A DNA stretch of 59,626 nucleotides, filler included, from Jimgerdemannia flammicorona (taxonomy: Eukaryota): assembly GCA_003990765.1 (NCBI GenBank). It is 3 parts of 3 records of this genome, joined end to end, with 100 filler letters (N's around TTAATTAATTAA, not from the genome) between each part and the next. Parts side by side here need not be neighbours in the genome. Positions count along the whole stretch, not along the records: positions 1 to 19,812 come from RBNJ01001846.1; positions 19,913 to 39,723 come from RBNJ01001847.1; 1 more part is not named here. The stretch is one strand, 5' to 3'. Position 1 is the first letter of the stretch. The number at the start of each line of letters is the position of its first letter. Under the pieces are notes generated by a model that had not been told where the DNA came from, did not search any database, and saw only the letters and a list, made by a program, of their open reading frames with translations. The position numbers and the translations under genes were made by a program. Below, piece by piece: positions 12,703 through 25,100 of the stretch.

Positions 12703-15700
12703 CTACAATTTGCTTACGCTGCCAAAATCAATTACAGGTACAGCCGCGGCTGATAACTCCATCTTAGACTTGAACTCAATCAAGTCGGTGATAATGATGT
12801 TGCCCTCTGGCAACACGTGATTATCCCTCACCCGCTTGACAGGACTATTGCTGTTGGGCGGGCTGAGGTCGGTGGGGGGAGTATCCACTGGTGACGGGGA
12901 AGTCGATCTGGAATCTACAATAGTACCAGGAACCGCTAGCGAGGCGGCATCACTCTTGCTTGATACTGTCCCATTGACGGCCCCAGGACCATTCGGGGTA
13001 GTGTCAGTCTCCCCTAGGCTAAGTGTTGCTGCGAGTTTGGACATCATGTCTTCGATGGCAGACTCCTCAGCCTTGGTCTCGTCGATCAGAACTTTGCGAA
13101 GGACGTCTTCGATTGTGGCGCCGTCCAAGCCATTTTCCATCGCTCGCTGCAGGTCTTCCACGGAATAGCGGGTGACACCTTGCGAGGTCAAACAGGTGTG
13201 CAGCGACTCGATGTTAACCTTGAATCGTGAGCTGATCGGAATCTTTTGCGAACGCAAGTGAACCGAGAGTTTGCGGCGCAAGGAGGAGGATGGGTGAATG
13301 TGTGCGTTGAAAAATTCGAGAAGCGAATTTTTCGTAATTGTGCGTAGTTCTGTGACATCGGTCTCAACTGTGACGGAGTGGTGTCGTAATAGTTGTAGTG
13401 AAAACAGTGTCAATTTCCCGAAGATAGTTTACACAAAGATATGGGTTTGTAAGCGTAGACTGACCTTGATCGAACTCATAGTAGCCTGAGTGCACGTGAG
13501 CCCAATATCTCCCGCCTTCCTGACCAAGGTTTTTATCCTTCTCCAGTTTCTTCGCAATAAGGGAGTTCACCTGGGCCTTATACTCCTCGTCGGACATCTC
13601 TTGGATAATTGCCTGAAATTAAACGAGCAAGTATAGCGTGGCAGATGTTTTGTTAATATCAATTAGCATAAACTCATTTCATGTGGTCACGGATCATAGA
13701 ATTGGTAATGATTATTCTTACGTGCAGCTTGCTCAGGAATTCCTCGATCCGGTTCTCAAGATAAACAGTGTCTTTCTCACTTTGGATGATAAAACGTAGC
13801 CCCATGGATCCAGTTTGCTTGCGGACTCCGCTGAAAACCAAGTAACCTAAGAGAAGAATTGCAAGCAAAATCATTTAATAACTAACTTTAAGTCACTGCC
13901 GAATGAAATCCCAATAGAACGTAACAAAACCAGAATATAACTAAAGTAAAACAAGCATCCTACCCAATTGCTCCTTTGTTCGAAGCTGATCAAAGCAGGG
14001 TTCCTGCGCAATTTGCGCTAGCAAGCTCAGTCTCGCTCGCAATGGTACCTGCGTGACATCACCAACCTGGCAATAGTATTCGATCGCGGAATTCACATTA
14101 TTCTTGTCCATGACATCGCGCTGGTGGATGAAACGACCGCCCTCCGGAAGCAATAGGCTGCGGTGACTAACGAGCTGACTGGGTAGCAAGAGTTTGGGCT
14201 TCATAACATCTTCGACGATTCGGATCATACCCAAGGCTTCCTCTTTGGTGACGTTGCCGTGGACAAGGGCCTCCATATGAAGGTGCGTCAAGATCGAGGG
14301 GAAGAATAATTGAATGTCGTCGGCGGTCAAGTCCTCGAGCTCGCGAAACTTTTCCTCGTTTGTCCACATCTTCTCTTGAGTGATGTAGGAAAGCAGGTAC
14401 AAAGCGTGCTGATAAGGGGGTTCGAGAGCGAAGTTTTTGTACGATCGGCGCAGCTACATACCGAAAAAGGAGGATGAAAGTAGGTAGGGGCACTGTGAAT
14501 GAATTATTTCAACTAAAAAAGTACCTCCAGCCCGATCTGAGAAGCGAGAGAATGCTCGCATGTTTTCAATCGAACTGAAGAAAAAATCGCCCAAGAGTTA
14601 TTCGCCTTAACATAGGACTACCATCCAGACTACCATCCAGACCAAACAAACCATAACCTACCTGGTCTTTGATTAAGCCAAACCGTTCCCGGTCGACCTC
14701 GAACTCTTTCATCTTGACCACAACTTTTTCAAGCAGTACCGAGAGTTTATCATTATAGCCGCCGACACCCAGCTGACAATTTGTTGGAACAATATTATCG
14801 AATTTAATGTACGCACTTAGATGCTGGCATGAGATCAAACAGGAGGACGACACAGCAGCAATTGACCGCGAATCGGTTCGCATATGAAATAGAAGGCAAG
14901 AATATGAACCATATATAAGTAGACACGACAAACGTACCAGCATCCCTTCAAGTTGATTCTCAATGTTGTAAGATAGCCCTGCAACCTCAGCATCATATGA
15001 ATATTCGCTTAAGGAGTCCTTCAGCAAATCCGTGTAAAGTCTGTCGCGACAAGGCACACGAAATGGTTACAAACTCCAATATCAGAAAGCCACCTTTCCT
15101 TCAGGTATATTTTAAACCTTACTCTTAAACATCACATTCGAATAAAAGCGAAAAGGAATTTCCACAAACCTCGTTTTCACACAATTTCCTGGAGTTGCAT
15201 ACGCTAGCGGACTTCTAAACAAAACCCACACGTTTGCGCGCGGGATCCAAAAGGTATCGTCCTTTTTGTGCCACATCCGGACGGTAGGCGTATGTAAAAT
15301 CAAAGACGGCTTCGTCAACGGCTTAACGACATCGTGCTTAAAAGTTTCAAAATTCTGCGGGATGAAGTCATTGATGCCCGGCAAGTGCAACGCAGGGTGT
15401 GGTTCCAGCTTTCTGAGAGCTTTCTTGAGACGATCGTCAACTTCCAGCACCTCATATTCGGTCCCATACCATTTTTCCGTCTGCGTCGTCTGCACACCAC
15501 CTGGCAGGATTTGTGAGGTGACGGTAATGCGGAAGGCGTCTTCACGCAGCCATGAGAGGCCTTGTTCAATCAGTTGTGGGTCATATTCGCGGATCAAACT
15601 TGGACCAGAGAGAACGTATTGCGAAGGGTATGACTGTTGCATAAGGCCAGCGAGACGGGAGGTGTATTGCGAGGGCAAGTATTTTTCCTTGAAGCGGAAC

Positions 15701-18700
15701 GCGAGAGAGGCGAGGGACTGGACCTCACGGAAGATAGATTCTTGAGGCCCGACTTGCTTGAGCATTGTGATGTATTGGAAGATAATAGTAATCACATCTT
15801 CGTAGTGAACTATTATTGCAAGCGCCATGGAGGAATCCACATGATACAAATATGTGTTGGTTAGCGAGTCCTTTACGCGGAAAACCACATGCTATAGACG
15901 TTCCATTCCTCCAAGAAAAGAAACATGAGCCACTACTCACGCAACCCATCTTCGGTAAGATCCACGCTGATACGGAAGAACTCGAATCCGATTCCACCAT
16001 GGCTAGAGCCAACCTGCAAGTAATTGGCCCACCCTTTCTTCTTGAGCAGCGACAATACCGAACCTTTGCCCTCATGTCCCATCAAATGGGAAAGATATCG
16101 ACCAGGCTGCAAACGGCGGACGTAGCAAAGAAAATATCAAAATGAGTATAGAATGCTCTACATTCCGACTATGACCGCTTTACAAGTGCTACTCTGGCGG
16201 TTCTTCCAAAAATTGTGCCCTTGTGAATCCACGCTATTCACTCCATCCCTGAATCATTCTGTCACCGTTGCCCAATAAACTAGTAAATATCCATAGGGAA
16301 AGCACTTACTTGAACCCTGAATAACGGATATTGATCCGGGAACGGAAATGTCATATCCAGCATACGGACATCTTTGACGGGTTTGACGAAGATTTGCTTC
16401 TACGAAAATGTATAGTCGTTTGGTACGGACCAGTTGAGATTCTTGAGGTCAGAATCGCACGCAAATCTTGGTATGATGCATCAACCAAGCCAATCCGCCT
16501 GAACAGTGAACGCGCCTTAGCGTATGAAACTGAATCAGACGCTTGCCAGGGTATATCCGACACTCCCAACAATGTATCAAGTCTTGACATGTAACAAAAA
16601 ACGTACCATCAGCTCTTTCTCTGTCAGCGGGTGGCCCTCAAACTTCGGTGGCTCGATGCGCTTGTCGCGAATAAGGGAAAATTTTTCGACTGTCCATTCT
16701 GTCAATTGATCGAGAGATTCTAATAGTAATAATAGAATTGACGGACGATCATCAGAAGTCAGCCGTTAAAATGAATCAGTCGAATCGGGCATATACTTTT
16801 CCGTGACATATAGCCTCCTTCCTTCATCAAGTGAAATGATCCTATGTTGGTTCTCTCTAACCATCAGATCCATATAACCCAACCTCCCTTCAACTTGGCC
16901 ATGAATAAATGCATTGAATGTGCAACAAAAAATATGATGAATATGCATAACAAAACATCAAACCTCACCTCTTCCCAAAACACACAATTTCATAATATTC
17001 GCCGAATAATAGCTTTCATGGAACTTCAACAGCTCCTGGCGAATGTCAAGGCCCTGCCGCCGCGGTGATTCCCGTAACGTCTCAAGGTTACCCGTCCCAA
17101 AATGGCAGTAAGGATGAGAAGGATTGGAAAGGGATTTCTCGAGCTGGAAAACGCGCCAGTTGTCTGATTGCAAATTTTTCTTGTGCTCTGCTCATGCAAG
17201 AATAGGAGGTTTTCGTCAGAAAAAAATTGGGGTAAGGGCTAACGGTAATATGGGACACGTCGAACGAGTCCAGCCGCTGAATAAATTTCCAGACTCAGAA
17301 AAATGAAATTGGAACTCATAAATCATCCTATATGGGCTGGACTCCATCCTTATCTCGCCGCAACACATACCGTGCCCCACCATTCACACGGCTCCTCCTA
17401 CCAAACTCACCTGAATCTACTGCCCGCAACTCCCTTTCTGTGCACCCTTCCGAAAAAAGGGGTGCAATAAAGAACTGGGCGAACCGATCCAACGCGCCTT
17501 CGAGATAATCGTACGCGACCTCGAAGTAGTAATTCGTGTTCTCAAGACTAGTGAAAGCGTTCGAGTGTCCAGAGTGCTCGGACAGAAATTGATTGTAGTC
17601 ATTTTCGCGCGGGTACCGCTCTGTGCCCATAAAAAGTAGGTGTTCGCAGAAATGTGCCAGGCCTTGGAGGTCGTCCTGTGCAAAGGAAATCACAAATTAG
17701 TGCGAGAAGGAAAAAAAAAAAAAAAAATGCACAACAGAAGGCGTTGCATTGTCCACCCCATTGTAAAACACATTGGCCCATGATGCGAAACTATATCGAT
17801 CCCGTAATTATGAAAGCCTTTTCCCCATTCATATTATTCGCTAGCTATGAATTCTTCCTCGCAGTGGTCATTAAGTTGAGATCCGTGGTAGCACCCCCGC
17901 AATCTCTTTTTTTGTGTGTTTCCCGCAATCCTGATCTCCGCAGAGTCCTCCGAAGTCTCCTCAAGGAGTTAAGCGGGCCATGCCAAGCGATATAGAGCTT
18001 TTCGACAAGTATCTCCCGACATATTCAAAATAAGACACTTCGTGGTGATTTTGTTTCCCCGCCAGAAAGGACAGAAAAAATTGAAGAGAACAGAAAGAAC
18101 CAGGTATCAAAACTCACCGGATCGCTCAAATGCCCTACGTGCACATCCAATGCAGCGCTCGACTTATCGGTCTCCCGATCATGGATCAGTAGAGTCTCGA
18201 GCTGGTTCGACGCTAGTCGGATCAAACGATACTCCCGATCGTCGTTGTCAGATTTCTCGAGTGGTAACGTGTACACGTAATGTGTTCCAGAAGGGTGTTT
18301 GACCCAGCCAGGGCCACTGGGAGGTGGGGCGACGGATGTTGGGGACATGGTCACCGGGTAGCTGGGGTGGGCAGGGGTTGAGTTGGAGGCGAGGTAGGGC
18401 TGAATAGAAGAACCAGGAAAGGTGGTGACGGTGCGGAAGCGACAAAAGGGTTGAGACAGTTTAGGTCTATGAAGTGGAAAAAGTGTGTGGTCAGAAGTCC
18501 TGTTGCTGTTGGAATGACGCGTCTCGAAGTGCCCGAAAGCACGTCATCGTTGTCACTACGGAAAAGAATGGTCCGGTCTCTCACTATTTTGGAAGGTGGG
18601 GTGGCTGTGTGTGTACGCGCGGTAACTCTGATCTGACCACGCCCAAGGGTATCGGCGTCGGGGGACCAATCTTATTTTGACACGCCAGTCGCTTATCCAC

Positions 18701-18948
18701 AAACCCGCGAAAAATCCAAGGTAGCGACTTCCCAAGCACAGTGTTCTTCTCAGTGTTTCAGCACGAATTACATACCTTTTGAGGGCGGAAGTGTAATAAT
18801 ATCTCGATTGGTAGCTGGAATGTCGAATGTTCGAAGTAATAGAGGCTCTGTTGGGGTTAACGAGGCAATATGGCTTCAAGGCGTTTGCAGCAGTGGCTCT
18901 CCGAAAACAAAGGGGATAATGCGAAAGAAAAGGAAGAGCCAGAGGCAT
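12703..18948 (-). CDS. STE23: Insulin-degrading enzyme / Ste23-like M16A metalloprotease (multi-exon; core ATG at 18348, putative upstream presequence exons to 18948)
   Basis: [38 protein letters not shown] (HxxEH), [38 protein letters not shown]. Confidence 0.93.
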
Positions 18949-19912
18949 TCAGGCAGAAGAAGCTGGACGAAAGGTTTCCGGACGATAAAAGAGGGGGTTG
19001 TTTGAAGGAGAAAAGGGGGCTGTGTAGGCGGAAGGCCAAGTGAGCATGTGGCTAGTGGTCTGTGCGAATAACGCCTGCCTGCTTACGGCACAGCTTACTC
19101 CTGGTCACTGTTAGTACCTTGATCTTGGAGCTAAGGACCATTCACATTTAAAATAAACAAATCTTCCACATGACATGATTGTTGTTTGACAACTGATACT
19201 CTCTTCTTGACGCCAAAACGAATCATTGAGAGACGCGTCACTTTTTTTTTTTTTTTTTTTTTTTTTTCCCAAGTTTGCTTAACGCTGTTCGTCGACACAC
19301 ATAAAAGTATATAATTGGTGTTCTGGGATTCCATGATTCAGGCCTAGATTAATGAGATGTCTCACAACGGTCCAATGCATGTACATAATTATGCAGAGTC
19401 GAGGTGGTGAGATTTATGAGGTTCTGAAAGTCAAAAGTTGTCAAATTGGTAGGTTCTACAATGATGCCCTTTAAGCGGTGCTTATCTTGTGGTGCACGAA
19501 TACCGAACTTTGAACTCTCTTTGTGTACGATATCAAGCGATAGTACGAATGTCGGGATGACAACCACGAGCCATTAGTCATTGTTACAGTCGAAAATAAG
19601 ACGACATACGAACCACTACATTGCCCACTCGTAATTAAAATCGCATATAAACTTGAAGAGTGATCTTATTTTAGTCGTCAATGGTCACCATTTTAGGTCC
19701 ATCCAAACTAGTGTTTTGAATCTGTAGACAATGATTGTTTTTAATGACAATGCTTATTTTTGATGACAATGCCGATTTTTGATGAGAATTTTTTTTTTTT
19801 TTTTTTTTTTTTNNNNNNNNNNNNNNNNNNNNNNNNNNNNNNNNNNNNNNNNNNNNTTAATTAATTAANNNNNNNNNNNNNNNNNNNNNNNNNNNNNNNN
19901 NNNNNNNNNNNN

Positions 19913-22153
19913 TAAGCCAGGGTTTGCCTAGGATCAGGTCATGGTCTCCTAGTGGTGCTACCTCGAAATCTAAATGTTCCCAGTACTTCTGGATCTTGAG
20001 GGGAAGTTTAGCGGCAATTGAGTCAATTGGTAAGGTGGTGCCATCTGCAGTGACAACTCCACCATTCTTGCCAGCTGGTTTGGTGAGAATCTTGAGCTTG
20101 TCGATGAGGTTCTTGTTGATGAAGTTCCCAACAGCTCCGCTGTCTATGAGAATGTCTAGTTCTTGTCCCTTGACTAGACCTTTGAAAATGAGCATTGAAT
20201 TGGCTCAGTTCTCAGCTATGCTTGCAACTTTGTCAGTACTGCCAAAGCCTTTCTGATCTTGCTTGGTTGAAGATAGCTTGGTGACTTCTTTGATGACTGA
20301 TAGGGTGGCTTGCTCCAGAATGAGCTGTGCAATTCTATCTCCTTCATTGATGGTATATGGCTGGTTCTTGTAGTTGACTAGCAGGACTTGCATTTCACCT
20401 CGGAAGTCAGGGTCTATGACTTCAGCACCAATATCCAATGAGTGCTTGAAGCTGAGGCCAGATCTTGGTGCAATTCTTGCATAATGTTCCTTGGGGATTT
20501 CGACTAAAAGGCCAGTTGGAATGAGCCTTCTTTCATGTGCCGGAATAGTGACTTGTTGTACTGCTTGAAGGTCCAAACCAATGGCTCCTTCTGACTGTGC
20601 TTGAGGGATCTGAGCCTTGGGGTTGACTCGCATGAAATTGAGTACAACTTCTTGTTCAACTGGTTGATCTTGAGTGTCTTTGGACAGGACCAGGATCCTC
20701 TTTGGTTCCGCAGTTTTCTTGGGACATTTGGTTGCAATGTGACCAGGCTGACGGCAAAAGAAGCAGGCTCCAGCCTTCTTAAGGCACTCCTTTTCCTCGG
20801 GTGTAAGCTTGCCTTTCTTGCTCTTGTCAATGGTGTCTAGGTCTATGGGGGCAGGTCCAACAGTTCTGACTTTGGGTTCCTCCCTTCTGTGGTTGTTGTT
20901 GTTGTTGTTGAAAGGCGGTCTCTTCTGTTCAAAGTGGTGACCATAGGTGATGATATCAAACCTATCAGCAATTTTCATTGCTGTGTCTAGGTCCTTGGGT
21001 TCTTCTAGTTCGACACGAACTCGGGTTTGACCTTTCAAACCTCGGATGTACTTGTCAACCTTCTCATCTTCAGTGACATGTGGTAATTCTAGCAGGATTG
21101 ACAGGAATTATGCATTGTATGCTTGCACAGACTTGAGTTGTTTGATGTTTGCCAGATGGTCTCGCGCAGCCTTGGTGCTGTTGACTGGTTTGAATTGGCC
21201 TTGAATGGCATCAGAGAATTTGCCCCAGGTCTTGATTCGGCCAGAGAATCTGGTATTCTGGACATGATTTCGCCACCAGATTGCAGCATTCCCTTGGAGG
21301 AGTGTGGTGGCAAATTGGACTAGTGTTGTTTCTTCCAAATTGGTCAATTCTCCATATTGCTCCAATTGGAAAAGCCAGGCATCGGTAGACAGTCCTCCTC
21401 TTTGACCATCAAAGGTGTCAGGCTTCTGCGGCTTGATAGTGACTGCTGTCGGATGTGTTGATGTCGGTGGAGATGCAGAGGTATGAGCAGAGGCCTTGCT
21501 TTCCTTTCTTTCTAAGCATTCTTGAAGTTGGGCAATCTGAGCAAATGCAGTTTGCAAAAGACTCTCGATGGACCCAGTTGACTGGGTGGGGATTGGCTGT
21601 TCCTCTTCTTCTTCTTGCTGATGGTAAGAGGCATTGCCTGGACCATAGACATTGTATGAAGGGTTCCACCCATTGTCCTCCATAGTGTTGTGACTGATAT
21701 CTTGAGAGGTGTCTTGATAAGGCTAGGTGTAACTTCACCGCTGCTACCAAGTGTAATGGTTCTAGTTTCTAAATGAGGAAGCGACTAATTCTGGTAGTCC
21801 TAAGTAGCTCGAAGAGATACTAAGGATTCAAGTGTTCTCGAAGGGTTTCTGGGAGAAAATATTCTGAGCTTTATTCATGAGAACAAAGGGGATATTTATA
21901 CAAGATCTGAAAGAAGGATCCGGAAGGATCTGAGAAATCAAAGGAAAATGCCAAGAGGAAAGTTCTCGGCAAAGATGACAAATGATGACAAATAAAGTTC
22001 TACAAGTTTCCAGGACATTCAGTGACTAACTAAATAAGTACTAGTTAATGCTCGGTGCCAAGAAAGGATTTCTAAGCATTTGGAAAGTACCAGAAGGTCA
22101 TAGAATATTGGAGAAAGACAAAGAAAAGGAATAAACTACGCTAAAATGTTACA
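19913..22153 (-). mobile_element. Ty3/gypsy LTR retrotransposon A, 5' part only (gag-CCHC-dUTPase-protease), rest lost in gap; same family as E
   Basis: 5' LTR 21752-22153 (TG..CA), gag from ATG 21683, CFFCRQPGHIATKC knuckle, dUTPase motifs (GLDL, PRSGLS, VIDPDFRGE, GDRIAQL, GFGST), protease LIDSGA. Confidence 0.92.
21738..21749 (-). promoter_or_regulatory. Primer-binding site of element A, probably initiator tRNA-Met
   Basis: TGGTAGCAGCGG two nt after the LTR; complementary to a ...GCTACCA 3' end typical of eukaryotic tRNAi-Met; decayed copy at 45647-45658 in E. Confidence 0.75.
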
Positions 22154-25100
22154 GCAATAATGACAATAAATTTGTAGATCTCATCTCCTTCAGTGATGAC
22201 AAGGATAAAGCCCCCATGATCTTGAACTTTCTGCTCTAAGTTCTTTGTTACACTGAATAATGCCAGCACCAGCATTCTGAGGTGACACAAATTTGTACCA
22301 GCACCGGTATTTTGAGGTAGTACTGAATAATACTAGCACTGGTATTCTGATATAACACTGAATTATACCAATATCCTGAACCTATACAACCATCAGTACA
22401 GACTCTAGAACTTAGTAGTTTTAGTTATTAGAATTTATATTTAGCTTTACATCTTAGCAACCATTGAATTATATTTTGTATAAATACTCCTCTTATTTTC
22501 TCTGAAATAAAGTCAGTTCTGGTTTCACTTACACATACTTTCTTACAAGCAATCTAAGAGATAACAAGATAGTTAAAGATAAGACGTTTGAGGACTATAA
22601 GACCTTGGAAAGGTACTCCAATAAGAACTTGCTTATAACAAACTTAAGTTAGTCTAAGAGATATATCTTGAAGAGAATCTGGCATATTTGAAGGACTCAG
22701 CGACCACTACATGATAACTTGGTGCCCATTGGCTGGTGATTTAAGATGAAAAATGAACAACCTCCACAATAACTACTCTGACTACAAGAGTCACCCCTGC
22801 AAGAATTCAAGATAAGATAGAAATGTGTCCCCCACATTCTATGGATATACTACTGAAGAGTCAATTCTGACCTTTATTGAAGACTTTGAACAATTCACCA
22901 CTGTACGAGCCCTTGATGTGGATACTCAATTGGCCCTTCTACCAGTCAGCCTCAGAAGATCTGCCAGAGACAAGTTCAATGCAGCCACCATTGCTGATGC
23001 TGGTGCAGCCAAACTTGTCAACATAAAGGCCTTCTTCAGAACAACATACTATACTGAAGCAAGCTCTCAAGGATCAACTCAATATTATCTGCCAGGGACT
23101 TAGTGAAGATCCTAACTCATTCTATACCTGAATCTGCCACCAGATTGTTCTGGCTGGCTATGATGACCACCTCAAGGAACAAATAGCAGATTCAACCTTC
23201 CTTAAAGGAGTTCACCCTGAAATTGCCTTAGCAATCCAGTCTACCCCAACTGTACTGACCCTTGATCAGAAAGTGGTCTTTGCACAGAGATATTAGACTG
23301 CCAGACACCCTGCCAAACACTCAATGGAGAAAATAACTAGCATCAAGATGGAGTCATCAAAGCCAACTAGTATTATACCTGCTACAGTTGTAAACAGACA
23401 ACCAACTCCACCTACCTCCAAGATAGCCAAAGCTGACCCAGTGGAGGAACTTGCCAAGCAGGTTGCCAAGATGACTGCACACCTTGGTGATGTTGTTAGA
23501 GAAGTCCAAAGTGCCAACAGGAGACCAGTGTAGAGATTTGCAGTTACTACAGAAGAATGCAATATTACATACTTCAGATGTAGAGAAGAAGGCCACTATG
23601 CAAAGAATTTCATAACTGAAACAAGATGCAAAGCCCAACCAAGCAATACTAGCAGAACCAGAGAACAAACCAATGCAGTAGTCATCAAGGAGATTGGTGA
23701 TACTGATGATGAAGAATACTATGAGGAGCTCAAATTCTACCCGCTACTGAAGGTACCAGAACCCAGGCCAAGCCCTATGACAAGAAGAGCAACAGCAAGC
23801 CAGTTGGAAGACCAAAGAAGACCCCAGCTGTCACTATTCAAAGTAAGACCCAACCCAAGGAGATTGATCAAGACATAGAGTTAGATGAAGCTGCCCACCA
23901 AATCATTGAAGGTACTACTCCAGTCTTAGGAGAAAGTGAAAGCAAGAAGGAACAGAAACTGTGCAAGACCAAGATCCACCAGTATGATATCTACAAGGAT
24001 CTCAAGGAACAGAAGGTCAATGCTACTTTTGGACAACTAGTCAAAGTTCCTGCCTTTAGACAGCAGTTGAGAGTAGGACTTGTAACTACCACCAAGAATC
24101 AAGAGTACAAGATTGTAGAAGCTCACAATGCACAGGAAGAATGTGAGAACTCAGGTGAAGAATCCAAAGACTAGTGCAAGACATCAGCCTATACTCCATG
24201 TCAGATTGAAGACTGTATCTTTGATGCTATCATTGATACTGGTACTGGAGAATGCCTCATGAGGAAGAAGGCAATTGACTGCCTAGGCTGGGATATTGAA
24301 GAGTCCACCAAGATAGTCTATGTCACAGCAGATAGTACACAAGCTACCCCCCTTGGCAAAATCCAAGAAGTCCCCATCAAGATAGGAGGAGCTACCATCC
24401 CAGTAGATGTGATTGTTATAAGCGCCACCAACTATGATATCCTCATTGACAACCAATGGCTTCACAAGGCCAAGGCCATCATTAACCTCAATGCCCAGAA
24501 GATGCAGATCAACTATAGAGGAAGAAAGGTACAAGTCTCTATAAATGTTCACAAAGGAGTCCTACCAGACATAGAAAAAGGAGATAAAGAGGACACAGAG
24601 GTCTTCATGTACTCAGTGAACAAGAACAAGAACAAGACACCCAAGCTCACAGATGAGTAGTGGTACAACAAGATCATCAATGGGTATGCCCCTCAAGGAA
24701 GATGCCCCCATGGTACTAGGATGTACTGCTCTGAACACCTGAATGACTGCTGGTTCTATATCAGTGAAGTCAGGAAAATCCACCAACAGAAATATGAGCA
24801 AGAAGCTGCTGAAGTAAAAAGGAAAGCTGAAGAAGATGACCAGCCCCCAGAGCTTCAGGCTGACAGTAACAATGAGGAGAAACAAGAATCAGACATCACC
24901 CTCAAGATCAAGAAGTTTCACCCTGAAGCTAAGATCTCAGAATACAAGACTGAAGGAGCTATAGGAATGGATCTTGCCAGCATTCAAGATGCTACCCTCG
25001 AACCACAGACCACCACCCTACTTGGTACTGGAATTAGAGTCAAGTTGTCAGAAAACCATGCCAGAATTATCAAGACCAGGAGCAGTCTGGCCAAAAGCAA

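Noticed and set aside
19241..19812. T-tracts at 19242 and 19789 and short 19-bp repeats at about 19735-19785
   Set aside because: Could be minus-strand retro tails, but no TSD was found and the second runs into the gap
19813..19912. TTAATTAATTAA embedded in N runs (also 39724-39823)
   Set aside because: Identical at both gaps; scaffolding linker artefact
21108..21110. TAA in the capsid at the same codon in A and E (YNA*FLSILLEL)
   Set aside because: Falls mid-domain and fits CAA>TAA decay; E has many such stops, so recoding is not supported
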